NCBI GenBank assembly: GCA_963708025.1
Contig: CAVPSB010000015.1
Coordinates: forward strand, 192,001 to 256,000
DNA: 64,000 nt
Reading direction: 5' to 3'
DNA from: an uncultured Candidatus Rokubacteria bacterium
GTDB taxonomy: Bacteria; Methylomirabilota; Methylomirabilia; Rokubacteriales; DASRDR01
Shown here: piece after piece, positions 28,663 to 39,840 of the stretch
How the letters are laid out: each line of letters begins with the position of its first letter
How positions within the stretch are numbered: position 1 is the stretch's first letter
Program-made: the position numbers and the translations under genes
The notes under the pieces: generated by a model
Database searches by the model: none
Told to the model about the DNA's origin: nothing
What the model saw: only the letters and a program-made list of their open reading frames with translations

Positions 28663-31096
28663 TCACTGGATCAGGTAGATGAAGGTGAAGATCGCGATCC
28701 ACACCACGTCCACGAAGTGCCAGTAGAGCCCGGCGATGTCGACCAGGACCGCCTGGGACTGGCCGATCCGGCCGCGCCGGGTGAGGTACCAGAGGGTCGC
28801 GAGCCAGATGACCCCGACCGTGACGTGGGCGCCGTGGAAGCCGACCGTGACGTAGAACGTCGAGCCGAAGAGGTTCGTGGTGAGCCCGAGCCCCTCGTGG
28901 AAGAACTCGTTGAACTCGTAGACCTGACCGCCCAGGAAGATCAGCCCCCAGCGCCACCGTGGCCAGGAGCCAGCGCTGGGTCGCCGCGGTGTCGCCCCGC
29001 TGGATTGCGCCCACCGCCAGCACCATCGTCAGGCTCGACATCAGGAGATCGAAGGTGCTGAACGAGGTGAGCGGGATGTTCAGGATCTCGTGGGGCGTCG
29101 GCCCGCCGAGGCTCCGGCCCTTGTACACCAGGTAGACCGAGACGAGCGTCGCGAAGAAGAAGCACTCCGAGCCGATGAACGCCCAGATGCCCATCTTCCG
29201 GTGGTCGAGCCCCGATGTGCCGATGTTGACGTCGGCGTCGTGGCCGGCCGCGGTCGCGGGGGCCCGGGACGGCAGATGCTCCAGCGCGATCGCGAAGGCG
29301 CCGAGGACGGTGAGGAGGGCGCCCACGACCATCAGCGAGAGGTGGAGGAGCAGGCCGGCCGTCATGATCAGCATGGCCAGCGCCGTGAGGAACGGCCAGA
29401 TGGAGGCGGCCGGCATGTGGATCGGCTCCCGGAGGGTCGTGAGGGCGGCGGGGTCGGCGAGCCCGGGCCCGCGCTGGTCGGGATGCTTGGTGAGCCACAG
29501 CGCGTCGCGGCGCAGCACGCTGGGCACCGTCGCGAAGTTGTAGGACGGCGGCGGGGAGGGGATGGCCCACTCCAGCGTCCGGCCGTCCCACGGGTCGGGA
29601 GGAGCGGCGGCGCCGCGGGTCAGGCTGCGCCAGGCGTTGCCGAGGAACACCAGGATCGCCAGGCCGATGCCGAGCGCGCCGACGGTGGCCACCAGGTTCC
29701 AAAAGCCCCAGCCGAGCCCGCCCGGGTACGTGTAGATGCGACGGGGCATCCCCATCATCCCGAGGAAGTGCATCGGGAAGAAGGTCAGGTTCATGCTGAT
29801 CAGCATGAGCCAGAAGTGCAGCCGGCCCAGCCGCTCGTCGAGCATCCGCCCGGTCATCTTGGGCCACCAGTAGTAGATGCCCGCGAAGAGGCCGAGGAGA
29901 GTGCCGCCGAAGAGCACGTAATGGAAGTGGGCGACCACGAAGTAGGTGTCGGTCTGCTGGAGATCGACGGGGGGCGAGGCGTGCATGATGCCCGACAGCC
30001 CGCCGATCGTGAACATCGCGATGAAGCCGCAGGCGAAGTGGAGCGCGGTGGTGAAGCGGAGGGACCCACCCCACAGCGTGGCCAGCCAGTTGAAGATCTT
30101 GATGCCGGTGGGGATGGCGATGATCATCGAGGCCAGCCCGAAGGCCGAGTCGGCGATCGGGCCCATCCCGACCGCGAACATGTGATGCGCCCAGACCCCG
30201 AACCCGAAGAACCCGATCAGCGCGGTGGCGTAGACGATCGTCACGTAGCCGAAGATCGGCTTCCGCGCGAAGGTCGGGATCACCTCCGAGACGATGCCCA
30301 TGGCGGGCAGGATCAGGATGTAGACCTCCGGGTGGCCGAAGATCCAGAAGAGGTGCTGCCAGAGGATCGGCGAGCCGCCCCCGGCCGGCAGGTAGAAGGA
30401 CGTCCCGAGGAACCGGTCGAACCCGAGGAGGATGAGGGCGACGGTGATCGGCGGGAAGGCACAGAGCAGGAGGACGGACGTGACCGCCGTATTCCAGACG
30501 AAGATGGGCATCCGGAGGAAGGTCATGCCGGGCGCCCGCAGGTTGACGATCGTGACCAGGAAGTTCAGGGCCGAGATGATCGACGAGACGCCCAGGAAGA
30601 GCAGCCCCAGGAGCCAGAAATCCGTGTGCGGCCCCACCGAGAAGGGCTTCTCGGTGAGGGTCGCGTAGCCGAACCAGCCGGCGTGGGGCGCCGCGCCGAC
30701 CAGGAAGCTCGAGTTGATGAAGAGGCCGCCGAGCAGGAAGATCCAGTACGAGAAGGCGTTGAGCCGCGGGAAGGCGACGTCGCGCGCGCCGATGAGGAGC
30801 GGCACCAGGTAGTTGAAGAAGGTGGCGCTCAGCGGCATCAGCGCCAGGAAGACCATCGTGGTGCCGTGCATCGTGAAGAGCTGGTTGAACGTCTCGGCGC
30901 CGATGACCCGGGCGTCGGGCACCGCCAGCTGGAGGCGGATGAGGAGCGCCTCCAGGCCGCCGATGAGGAAGAAGGCGAGGGCGGAGACGCCGTAGAGGAT
31001 GCCGATCCGCTTGTGGTCGACGGTGGTCAGCCAGCCGATCAGACCGCTCGACTCGGCGCCGGCGTGCGTGCGCAGCGTCGCTTCAGTAACCGCCAT
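28663..31096 (-). CDS. ctaD: Cytochrome c oxidase subunit I/III fusion, A1 type (frameshift near 28950)
   Basis: TTVDHKRIG, FTMHGTTM, WIFGHPEVY, WAHHMF, VVAHFHY. Reads in frame into subunit III motifs (GIWAFIGSEC) and, after an indel, GFHGAHV and YWHFVDVVW. Confidence 0.92.
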
Positions 31097-31110
31097 CGGC
31101 CAATTCATCA

Positions 31111-31326
31111 TGCCGGGCCGAGAACCGAGCAGCCCCCGCAGGCCGTAGGCCGTCCAACCGACGCAGGCCGGCGCCCACCGCAGGCGTACGCCCTGGTACG
31201 CCGAGGATGGGCGCCGGCCGAGGACGCCCGTAGGTCGAGACGGACGCCACAGGCGAGGCGTCCGATCGACGCAGGCCGAGCGCGTCACGACCGGGATGGA
31301 CGATGCGAAGGTTCTCGGCACGGCTA
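31111..31326 (-). repeat. Structured repeat family A, copy 4 (diverged, between cox subunits II and I)
   Basis: Outer stem GCCGTGCCGAGAACC/GGTTCTCGGCCCGGC, GGTCGTGACGCGCTCGGCC module and GGCGTAC...GTACGCC hairpin; begins at the TAG of subunit II. Confidence 0.8.
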
Positions 31327-32361
31327 TTTCAAGCTCGTCAGGTAGGCGGTCAGGGCGGTCACCTGCACCTCGGTCAGCTTCAGATCGGGCATCAGAGAGC
31401 CCGGCTTGACCCCCGGCGGATCCTTCAGCCACCGGCTCAGGTTCTCGTGGGTGTTGCGGAGCATGCCGCCGGCGATCGTCTTCCGGGAGGCGAAGTGGGT
31501 GAGGTCCGGGCCGATCTGGCCGCCGGAGAGCCCCTGAATCGCGTGACAGCCGATGCAGGCCTGGGTCGTGAAGAGCTGACGGCCCTGCGCGGCGGGGCTG
31601 CCCTCCGGGGGCTCGGTGGCGGGCGCCTTCTGGCGCGCGACCCACGCCTGGAACTCCTGGCCCGGCAGGACGACGGCCAGGTGCCGCATGTTGGCGTGGG
31701 ACACGCCGCAGAACTCGGCGCACTGGCCCGGGTACTCCCCGGGTGCCGCCGGCGTCAGCAGGATCCGGTTGAGCTGGCCGGGCGGTGTGTCCCGCTTGCC
31801 GCCGAGTCCTGGCACCCAGAAGCTGTGGATGACGTCGATCGAGCCGAGGTCGAAGGCCACTCGCTGGCCGAGCGGGAGGTAGAGGTCGGTCGCCGTCGTG
31901 ATCCCGAGGTCCGGATACTGGAATTCCCACCACCACTGGTGCCCGATCACCCGCACCTTGAGGGCGTCGGGCGCGGGGGGGGCCTGCGTCCGGAAGATGG
32001 CGCCGACGGTGGGGAACGCGATGAAGGTGAGGATGATCGCCGGGGCGATCGTCCAGGCCAGCTCCAGGCGTGCGTTGCCCCGGACCTGCGGGGGGAGGGC
32101 GGCCGGGTCGCGCTCGCGGAAGCGGAGGATCGCCACCAGGAGGACGGCCGCGACGACACCGAAGATGGCGATGTCCCACCAGAGGATCTGCAGGAAGATC
32201 GAGTGACTCTGCCGGGCGAAGTCCGATCGGGGCAGGAGCGTCGTCTGCGGAGAGGCGAGCCCGCAGCCGGCCAGCGACACGACGAGCGCCGCTAGGCGGC
32301 CCGCGCGGGTGAGCCGAAGACGGCGGCGGTCAGGGTGCGGCCCGCCGGGCACGGCGATCAT
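31324..32361 (-). CDS. ctaC: Cytochrome c oxidase subunit II with CuA and fused cytochrome c (caa3 type)
   Basis: Lipobox LAGC, HQWWWEF, DVIHSFW, CAEFCGVSHANM, C-terminal CIGCH...GPDL...M. Confidence 0.93.
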   Translation of the reverse strand: MIAVPGGPHPDRRRLRLTRAGRLAALVVSLAGCGLASPQTTLLPRSDFARQSHSIFLQILWWDIAIFGVVAAVLLVAILRFRERDPAALPPQVRGNARLELAWTIAPAIILTFIAFPTVGAIFRTQAPPAPDALKVRVIGHQWWWEFQYPDLGITTATDLYLPLGQRVAFDLGSIDVIHSFWVPGLGGKRDTPPGQLNRILLTPAAPGEYPGQCAEFCGVSHANMRHLAVVLPGQEFQAWVARQKAPATEPPEGSPAAQGRQLFTTQACIGCHAIQGLSGGQIGPDLTHFASRKTIAGGMLRNTHENLSRWLKDPPGVKPGSLMPDLKLTEVQVTALTAYLTSLK

Positions 32362-32571
32362 ATTCCCAAATGAAACCGGAAAACGCAATGGCCGGGCGAC
32401 CCCCGAGCCGGGAGGTCGCTCGGCGGAGCCGTGCGTCGGGCCCGCTTCGATCGCTCGCAGCCCGGCCTGTCCGCCCCGGCGCGGGGCCCGGGCCCGCCCG
32501 GACCCGCCCTTGACAGACCCGGAATGTCGGCATACAGTCCGGCCGATCGCGTTTGTTCCGGTGAAGGCGCG

Positions 32572-33981
32572 ATGACCCTCAGCTGGCCCGATACCGCTCC
32601 CCCCCACATTCGGCCGGTCGTCCTGGTCGTGGACGACGACACCGGCCTGCGGGAGTCCTTTCGCCTGATCCTGGAGGACGAGTACGACGTCCTGGAGGCC
32701 GCCGACGGCGCCCAGGCCCTCGACACGCTCCGGACCACGCAGGTCGATCTCGTGCTCCTCGACATCCGGCTGCCCGACATCGACGGCATCGCGGTGCTCG
32801 AGCAGATCAAGGCGTTCGACGACCACATGGAGGTCATCCTGGTCACCGCCGTCCAGACGGTGCGGACCGCGGTGGCGGCGATGAAGCTGGGCGCCTTCGA
32901 CTACGTCACCAAGCCGTTCGAGGAGGACGACATCCTCCCCCTCGTGCATCGCGCCATCGAGAAGCGTGCCCTGAGCCGCGAGGTCGTGTACCTCCGATCC
33001 GAGCTGGCACGCCGGCTCGATTTCGAGGAGCTGGTGGGCCGGGCGCCCCAGATGCAGCGGCTCTACCAGCTCATCGAGTCGGTGGCCCGGACCCAGGTCA
33101 CCGTGCTGATCCTGGGCGAGAGCGGTACCGGCAAGGAGCTGATCGCCCGGGCCATCCACCGGCAGGGCGCCACCCGGGACGGCCCCTTCGTTCCCGTGAA
33201 CGTGGCCGCCATCGCCGACGGCCTCCTGGAGTCGGAGCTGTTCGGCCACGAGAAGGGGGCGTTCACCAACGCGCTGCAGAAGAAGCTGGGGAAGTTCGAG
33301 CTGGCCCACGGGGGCACCCTGTTCCTCGACGAGATCGCCACGCTGCGGATCGATCTCCAGGCGAAGATCCTGCGCGTGCTCCAGGAGCGCGAGATCGAGC
33401 GCGTGGGTGGCATCCGGCGAATCAAGATCGACGTGCGGGTGCTGGCGGCCACCAATGCCGATCCGAAGCGTGCGGTCCAGAGCGGCGCCCTCCGCGAGGA
33501 CCTCTACTACCGCCTCAACGTCGTCCAGATCAACGCGCCGCCGCTCCGGGAGCGGCGGGAGGACATCCCGCTGCTGGTGGAGCACTTCCTCCGCAAGTAC
33601 AGCCAGGAGTTCCACAAGCGGATCGTCGGTGTCGCGCCGGCCGCCCTGGAGGTCTTCCAGGCCTACTCCTGGCCGGGCAACGTGCGGGAGCTCCAGAACA
33701 TCGTCGAGCGCGCCGTCGCCCTGGTCGAAGGCTCCACCATCGACGTCAAGGACCTGCCGCTCGACCTCCTGCTCCCGGACCGCGGCGCCCGCGCCGAGGG
33801 GTCCGAGGAGCTCCCCCTCAAGGAGGCCCGCGAGCAGTTCGAGCGCCAGCTCATCCTCCAGGCGCTGGAGCGGGTGCAGTGGAACCGGACCCAGGCCGCC
33901 CGGCTCCTCGGGATGCACCGGAACTCGCTGAAGGCGAAGCTCGAGGCGTGGGGGATCCGCGGGCTGGGGTCCGACCCCTGA
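32572..33981 (+). CDS. sigma54-dependent response regulator (NtrC/AtoC-type bEBP)
   Basis: REC domain (VVDDD, LLDIRLP), [32 protein letters not shown], Fis-type HTH. Confidence 0.95.
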   Translation: MTLSWPDTAPPHIRPVVLVVDDDTGLRESFRLILEDEYDVLEAADGAQALDTLRTTQVDLVLLDIRLPDIDGIAVLEQIKAFDDHMEVILVTAVQTVRTAVAAMKLGAFDYVTKPFEEDDILPLVHRAIEKRALSREVVYLRSELARRLDFEELVGRAPQMQRLYQLIESVARTQVTVLILGESGTGKELIARAIHRQGATRDGPFVPVNVAAIADGLLESELFGHEKGAFTNALQKKLGKFELAHGGTLFLDEIATLRIDLQAKILRVLQEREIERVGGIRRIKIDVRVLAATNADPKRAVQSGALREDLYYRLNVVQINAPPLRERREDIPLLVEHFLRKYSQEFHKRIVGVAPAALEVFQAYSWPGNVRELQNIVERAVALVEGSTIDVKDLPLDLLLPDRGARAEGSEELPLKEAREQFERQLILQALERVQWNRTQAARLLGMHRNSLKAKLEAWGIRGLGSDP

Positions 33982-33986
33982 TCGAC

Positions 33987-34027
33987 CTGCACAGCTGACT
34001 GTGCAGTGTGCACAGTGCACTGTGCAC
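33987..34027. promoter_or_regulatory. Tandem palindromic enhancer (UAS)-like sites
   Basis: CTGCACAG-CTGA-CTGTGCAG (33987-34006) and the perfect palindrome GTGCACAGTGCACTGTGCAC (34008-34027), 21 bp apart; a further half-site near 34100. Confidence 0.65.
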
Positions 34028-34211
34028 CGGTCCCTAACACACCGCATTCACGATCGTTTCGGTCACTGTTCGCGCCGGGATCGCCGTGCCGACCGCCCAG
34101 TCACTGTGCACCACCCCCGGGGGGCCGATGGGCTCCGGTTCGACGGCTTCCCGCGAGCAACCACCGGAAAAGCGACCCGTTCCCGGCCTCTGGCCCCGAC
34201 CTCCATCGATG

Positions 34212-34228
34212 CTGGCGCGCTCGTTGCT
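34212..34228 (+). promoter_or_regulatory. sigma54 (-24/-12) promoter
   Basis: CTGGCGCGCTCGTTGCT, a near-consensus match to YTGGCACG-N4-TTGCW, upstream of the kinase operon. Confidence 0.75.
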
Positions 34229-34331
34229 CTTCGAGATCTCACCCGGTTGCCGGGACCGCCATGACAACGTCTGCCGGCAGTGCCACTGACGCTTCGGGTC
34301 GGGGCCCGGAGCGATGCCAGGAGGCGCCGCA

Positions 34332-36342
34332 ATGTCCCGCCCGGGGGCTCGGCCGGTGAGGGCGCCGGGCCGGCCGTCGCCGCGCGGTCTCGGGAAGCGG
34401 GACCGGCCCTGGCCGCGCTGGCTCTCGCTGCAGACCCGGCTCACCGCCGGTGCCGTGTTCGTCATCGCGCTGACCATGGCGGTCCTGATCGGGATCGTCG
34501 AGCACCGCCAGCGGGCGGCGATCCTCAACGAGGTGCAGCGGCTCGGCGAGGCGCTGGCCAAGAATCTCGCCGCCATCTCGTCGGGGCCGCTCGTTCTCCG
34601 CAACTTCGCGGCCCTCGAGCAGACCGTGACCCGCATGGCCCCCGACACCGACGTGGAGTACGCGATCATCCTCGACGCCGAGGGGAAGGTCGCCGCGTCG
34701 AGCGAGGGCTCGGAGGCGGTCGGCTCCGTTCTCGACGACGCGGTCTCCCGACAGGCGGTGACGGCCCGGGCCCTGCTCGTCCAGGAGCGATGGCTGGCCC
34801 GGACCGGGCACTTCTTCTACGATTTCGCCTTCCCGGTGGAGATCCGGGGACGGCGCGTGGGGACGGTGCGGGTCGGCCTCTCCAAGCAGCGGGTCGAGAC
34901 GGAGATCGCCAAGACCCGGCGCGAGCTGGCGCTCCTGGCGCTCATCACGCTGGTGGGGGGAGGGGTGGCGGCGGCCCTGGTCGCCCGCCGCATCGCGCGC
35001 CCCGTCCGCCAGCTGGCCCACGGCGTGGCCGCCATCTCCCGGGGCGATCTCAACCAGCGGATCGAGACGGCGTCGTCCGACGAGATCGGCCAGCTCGCTC
35101 TCGCGTTCAACCACATGGCGAGCGAACTGCTCGAGGAGCGGACCGCGCTCGAAGCCGCGCATGCCGAGTTGGAGCGCCGCTTCGCCGAGCTCTCCGATCT
35201 GAAGAGCTACACGGACCACGTCTTCGGCTCACTCACGAGCGGCATCGTGACCCTCGACCTCGACGGGCGAATCGTCACCCTCAACCCGGCCGCCGAGTCC
35301 CTCACCGGGTGCCGGCTGGCGGACGTCCGCGGGCGGCCGGGGGCCGAGGCGTTCGCCCACATGCCGGAGCTGAGCGAGCTGCTGGCCCGGGCCCTGATCA
35401 CCCGGATGGGCGAGGCGGTGGTCTCGGCCAGCCTGACCCGACCGGGCGCCCCGCCGTCGCAGGTGGAGCTGACCACCGAGCCGCTCCGGGGCGCCGAGGG
35501 CAAGGACCTGGGGGTGGTGGCGGTCCTGCGCGACCTCACCAAGGTGCGGCAGCTCGAAGAGCAGCTCCGCCGCTCGGACCGCCTGGCCGCCCTCGGCACT
35601 CTCGCCGCCGGTCTCGCCCACGAGATCAAGAACCCGCTGACCTCGTTGTTGACGTTCAGCCGCCACCTGTCCCGTCGATTCGGCGACGAGCGCTTCCGCG
35701 AGCGCTTCCAGAACGTGGTGCCGCGCGAGCTGGAGCGGATCAACGCCATCGTCGACGGGCTCCTGCGCCTGTCCCGCCCGTGCCGGCTGACGCTCGGCCG
35801 GGTCACCGTGCCCGATCTGCTCGAGCAGGTGCTGGAGCTGTACGGCAACCAGCTCGACGCCAAGCAGATCACCCTGGTGCGGGAGTACTCGCCGGCCCTG
35901 CCGGCCATCGCACGCCGATCGGGAGCAGCTCTACCAGGCGGTGGGCAACCTGGTGACCAACGCGCTGGACGCCATGCCGGACGGCGGCACGCTGACGGTG
36001 CGGGCCGACTTCTCCGACGCCGGGGCCACCGCCTTCGTGGCTCCCGGCCGCTGGTTCGCGAGCCAGCGGATCCGCATCGAGATCTCGGATACCGGGACCG
36101 GCATCCCCCCCGTGCAGTCCGCGCAGGTGTTCGACCCCTTCTTCACCACCAAGCGAAGCGGCACCGGGCTCGGGCTGGCCATCGTGCACAAGATCGTCGA
36201 GGATCACGGGGGGAGCATCGTCTTCCGGCCGGCGCCGGGTGGCGGCACGGTGTTCACGGTGCTGCTCCCGCTTTCGGGACGCCGGGCCGACCGCGGGGTG
36301 GAGGCCGAGTCTTCCCTCGGCCTGCCCGGCAGCTTCCCATGA
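34332..36342 (+). CDS. Membrane sensor histidine kinase (2 TM, HAMP, PAS, HisKA, HATPase), frameshift near 35915
   Basis: DEIGQLALAFNHM (HAMP), NPAAESLTG (PAS), LAHEIKNPL, NLVTNALDAM, FDPFFTTK, GTGLGL. Confidence 0.92.
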
Positions 36343-38372
36343 GCCCGGGAGCGGGGGCGACCGCGCCGCCCAGGGTGGTGACCTTCCCGGACGAGCCGAT
36401 CCACGTGCTGCACGTGGGGCCGCACCCGGTGGACGTCGTCCGGGCGCGCCACCACCTGCTGGGTCACGGGGGGCGCTTCGCGGTGGACGGCGCGCTCACC
36501 GCCGACGAGTGCCTGGCGCATCTCGCCCGCGAGCCCTACGACGTGCTGCTCGTCGCCGACCGGGCCACCGACATGGGCGGCCTCGAACTGCTGCGCGCCG
36601 TGCGGGCTCGCCCGGACAGCGTCCCGGTCGTCCTTCTCCTGCGGGAGCGCGACGATCGGATCGCCGGGGACGCCGTCTCGCTCGGGGTCTTCGACTACCT
36701 GGTGGAGCGGGCTGGAGATCTCGTCAAGCTGCCGCTCGTCCTGGGGAACGCGGCCACCCAGCGCCGGCAGGCCGACGCGCGCCGGAGCATGAGCCTCTTC
36801 AGCGATCTCGTCGGCACCCTGGGCTTCAGCGTCGAGCGGGACGACCTGCTCCAGCGCATCGCGGAGGCCGCCGTCGAGCTGCTGCAGGTGGACTGGTCAC
36901 TGCTCCTGCTCCTGGAGAACGGTGACACCCTGGTTCCTCACGCCTGGGCCGGGGCCGGCCCGGGCGCCCTCGCCGGGCTGCGCTTCCCGGCGGAGAGCGA
37001 CGGCTGGCAGCGGCTCTGGTCGGTCCCGGCCCCGGTCCGGCTGGAGCCGATCGCGGTGAGCGTGCCGTGGTCCGTCACCTCGATGACGGCCGGGCTCGAG
37101 CCGGCCCTCGCCGTCCCGCTCGTCGGCAACGGACGGCGGCTGGGCGCCCTGCTGATCGCCGCCCCGCCGGCCCGGCGCTTCCGGACGAGCGAGGAGCGGC
37201 TGTTCCGGACGCTCGCCGAGCTGACGGCGGTGGCGGTCGAGAAGCACACCCTGGCCCACCAGCTCGTCCACACCCAGCGGCTGTCCACGGTGGGCCGCAT
37301 GGTCGCCGGAATCGCGCACGAGCTGAACAACCCGCTGGCCGTCATCCTGGGGAGCCTCGACCTGCTCCGGCAAGAGCCGGTGGCCGACCGCTACCCGGAG
37401 CGTCTGGCCCGCGTCGCCACGCAGACCGAGCGGGCCGTCAAGATCGTCCGGACGCTGCTCGCGCTCGCGCGGAACCGGCCGACCCAGCGGACCACCGTTT
37501 CGCTCGGCGCGCTGCTGACCGAGACGCTGGAGCTGACGGCCTACGACCTCAAGCACAGCGACGTGCGGGTGGTCTGGCAGCTTCGCGACGACCTGCCGCC
37601 GGTGGCGGGCGATCCGGACCAGCTCCGGCAGGTCTTCACGAACCTCGTCCTCAACGCGTGTCAGGCGATGCGGGCGAGTGGGAGGACGGGAACCCTCACC
37701 GTCAGCGCCGATGTCGTTCCCGCCGGCGACCGGGTCCGCGCCACCGTGGCCGACAGCGGTCCGGGAATCCCGTCCGAGCACCTGCCTCACGTCTTCGAGC
37801 CGTTCTTCACCACCAAGGCCGAAGGGGAGGGGACCGGGCTCGGCCTGGCCATCTGCCAGTGGATCGTCGAGAGCCAGGGGGGGCGGATCTCCGTGGACAG
37901 CCAGCTCGGGCAAGGCGCCCGGTTCACGGTGGAGCTGCCCGCCGCCGGCGCCCCGGGAGATCTGGCGGCGATGCCGAGGCCGAGGCCCGGCGCGCCGCTC
38001 GCCGGCGTCTCCGTGCTCCTCGTGGAGGACGAGCCGCTGGTGGGAGACATGATGGAGGATCTGCTTCGGCTGGATGGGCACGCGGTCGACCGGGCGGTCA
38101 ACGGGCGCGAGGCGCTCGACCGGCTCGCCCGGGGGTCGTACGCCCTGATCATCAGCGACGTCCGGATGCCGGACCTGAGCGGTCCGGCCCTTCACCAGGA
38201 GCTGCTCCGCATCGACGCCGCGCTGGCCCGTCGCGTCGTCTTCGTCACCGGGGACGTCATGAGCCCGGAGACGCAGTCGTTCCTCGATCAGGCGGGGCTC
38301 GCGTATCTCGAGAAGCCATTCGAGGTCGCCGACTTCCAGGCGGCCGTCCGCCGCGCCCTCCGCTCCGCCTGA
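36339..38372 (+). CDS. Hybrid histidine kinase (degenerate REC-GAF-HisKA-HATPase-REC)
   Basis: ATGA overlap; IAHELNNPL, FEPFFTTK, GTGLGL, C-terminal LLVEDE...ISDVRMP...EKPF. Confidence 0.92.
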   Translation: MSPGAGATAPPRVVTFPDEPIHVLHVGPHPVDVVRARHHLLGHGGRFAVDGALTADECLAHLAREPYDVLLVADRATDMGGLELLRAVRARPDSVPVVLLLRERDDRIAGDAVSLGVFDYLVERAGDLVKLPLVLGNAATQRRQADARRSMSLFSDLVGTLGFSVERDDLLQRIAEAAVELLQVDWSLLLLLENGDTLVPHAWAGAGPGALAGLRFPAESDGWQRLWSVPAPVRLEPIAVSVPWSVTSMTAGLEPALAVPLVGNGRRLGALLIAAPPARRFRTSEERLFRTLAELTAVAVEKHTLAHQLVHTQRLSTVGRMVAGIAHELNNPLAVILGSLDLLRQEPVADRYPERLARVATQTERAVKIVRTLLALARNRPTQRTTVSLGALLTETLELTAYDLKHSDVRVVWQLRDDLPPVAGDPDQLRQVFTNLVLNACQAMRASGRTGTLTVSADVVPAGDRVRATVADSGPGIPSEHLPHVFEPFFTTKAEGEGTGLGLAICQWIVESQGGRISVDSQLGQGARFTVELPAAGAPGDLAAMPRPRPGAPLAGVSVLLVEDEPLVGDMMEDLLRLDGHAVDRAVNGREALDRLARGSYALIISDVRMPDLSGPALHQELLRIDAALARRVVFVTGDVMSPETQSFLDQAGLAYLEKPFEVADFQAAVRRALRSA

Positions 38373-38473
38373 CCGCTCGCCTGACCCGCGCGCGCCGACC
38401 ACGGGGGTCTTCCGGGACCCCCCCGAATGATCTAGTGTGGGGGCGGTCCGAAACCGGCTGCCGGAGGGTTGAC

Positions 38474-39764
38474 ATGCAGGGTGTGACGCTTCCGACCGAG
38501 ACCGTCTTCGTCATGGAGATGTCGCCGATCAAGTTCGGCCTCGGGGCCACCGACGAGATCGGCCACGACGCCCGACGGCTGGGCGTCCGCAAGGTGCTGC
38601 TGGTGACCGATCGTCACGTCGCGGAGCTGGGTCTGCCCGAGCGCGTCGCGGGGCTCCTCGGCGAGCAGGGCATCAAGGCCGAGATCTACGACGGCGTCGA
38701 GGTCGAGCCGACCGACCGCTCGATCGAGGAGGCGGCCGACCACGCGCGGACGAAGGAGTTCGACGGGCTGGTCGCGGTGGGGGGTGGCAGCGCCATCGAC
38801 ACCGGCAAGGCCGTGAACCTCCTGACCTGCCACCCGGCGCCGCTCCTCGACTACATCAACAAGCCGGTGGGCAAGGGGACACCGGTCCCCGGGCCGCTCA
38901 AGCCGCTGATCGCCGTCCCGACGACGGCCGGGACCGGCAGCGAGACGACGGCGGTGGCGGTCGCCCACGTCGTGGACCAGCACGTGAAGGCCGGCGTCTC
39001 CCACCGGCTGCTGCGGCCCGCCCTCGGCATCGTCGATCCGCTGAACACGCTGGCGGCGCCGCCGGAGGTGACCGCCGCCGCCGGCGCCGACATCCTGACC
39101 CACGCGATCGAGTCCTACACGACGCGGCCCTACGACGCCCGGCCCAAGCACCATCCCCCGGATCGGCCCGCCTACGTCGGAGCCAACCCGGCCAGCGACA
39201 TCTGGTGCGAGAAGGCCATCGAGTACGTGGGACGCTACCTCCGCCGGGCCGTCCTCAACGGCCTCGACCTGGAGGCCCGGGTCCACCTCGCGCTGGCCGC
39301 GACCTACGCGGGCATCGGCTTCGGGAACGCGGGCGTCCACGTCCCCCACGCCGTCGGCTATCCCATCGCCGGCCTGGTTCGCGACTTCGTCCCGCCGGGA
39401 TACCGGGCGCGCCACCCGCTGGTGCCGCACGGCATGTCCGTGATCCTGCCGGCGCCCGCCGTCTTCCGCTTCACCTACCCGACGTCGCCGGAGCGCCACC
39501 TCCGCGCGGCGGCCCTGCTGGGCGCCGCCGGTCACGGGGCTCTCGGACGCCGAGCGCCGGGAGGCACTGCCGGCGGCCCTGATCGCCCTCATGCGGGACA
39601 TCGGGATCCCGAGCGGGCTCCGGGCCATCGGCTACACGGAGGCCGACGTGGCGTCCCTCGTCGAGGGGACCCTCAAGCAGCCGCGGCTGCTCTCGGGGGC
39701 GCCGCGTGCGGTCGGAGCGGCGGAGCTCGACCGGATCCTGCGCGACGCGATGGGGTACTGGTAG
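38474..39764 (+). CDS. Hydroxyacid-oxoacid transhydrogenase / iron-containing alcohol dehydrogenase (frameshift near 39530)
   Basis: [56 protein letters not shown]. Confidence 0.9.
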
Positions 39765-39840
39765 CCGGTCCTCCGGTTCGCTCGGTCCGGCAACGGTCGT
39801 CCGCGCCCGGCTTGCCGCCTCGTGTATCATGGCAAGGTCG

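Noticed and set aside
34314-38372. Single 1352-aa double kinase
   Set aside because: An indel near 35915 shifts the first kinase; its HATPase domain ends at TGA 36342, overlapping the ATG of the second kinase.
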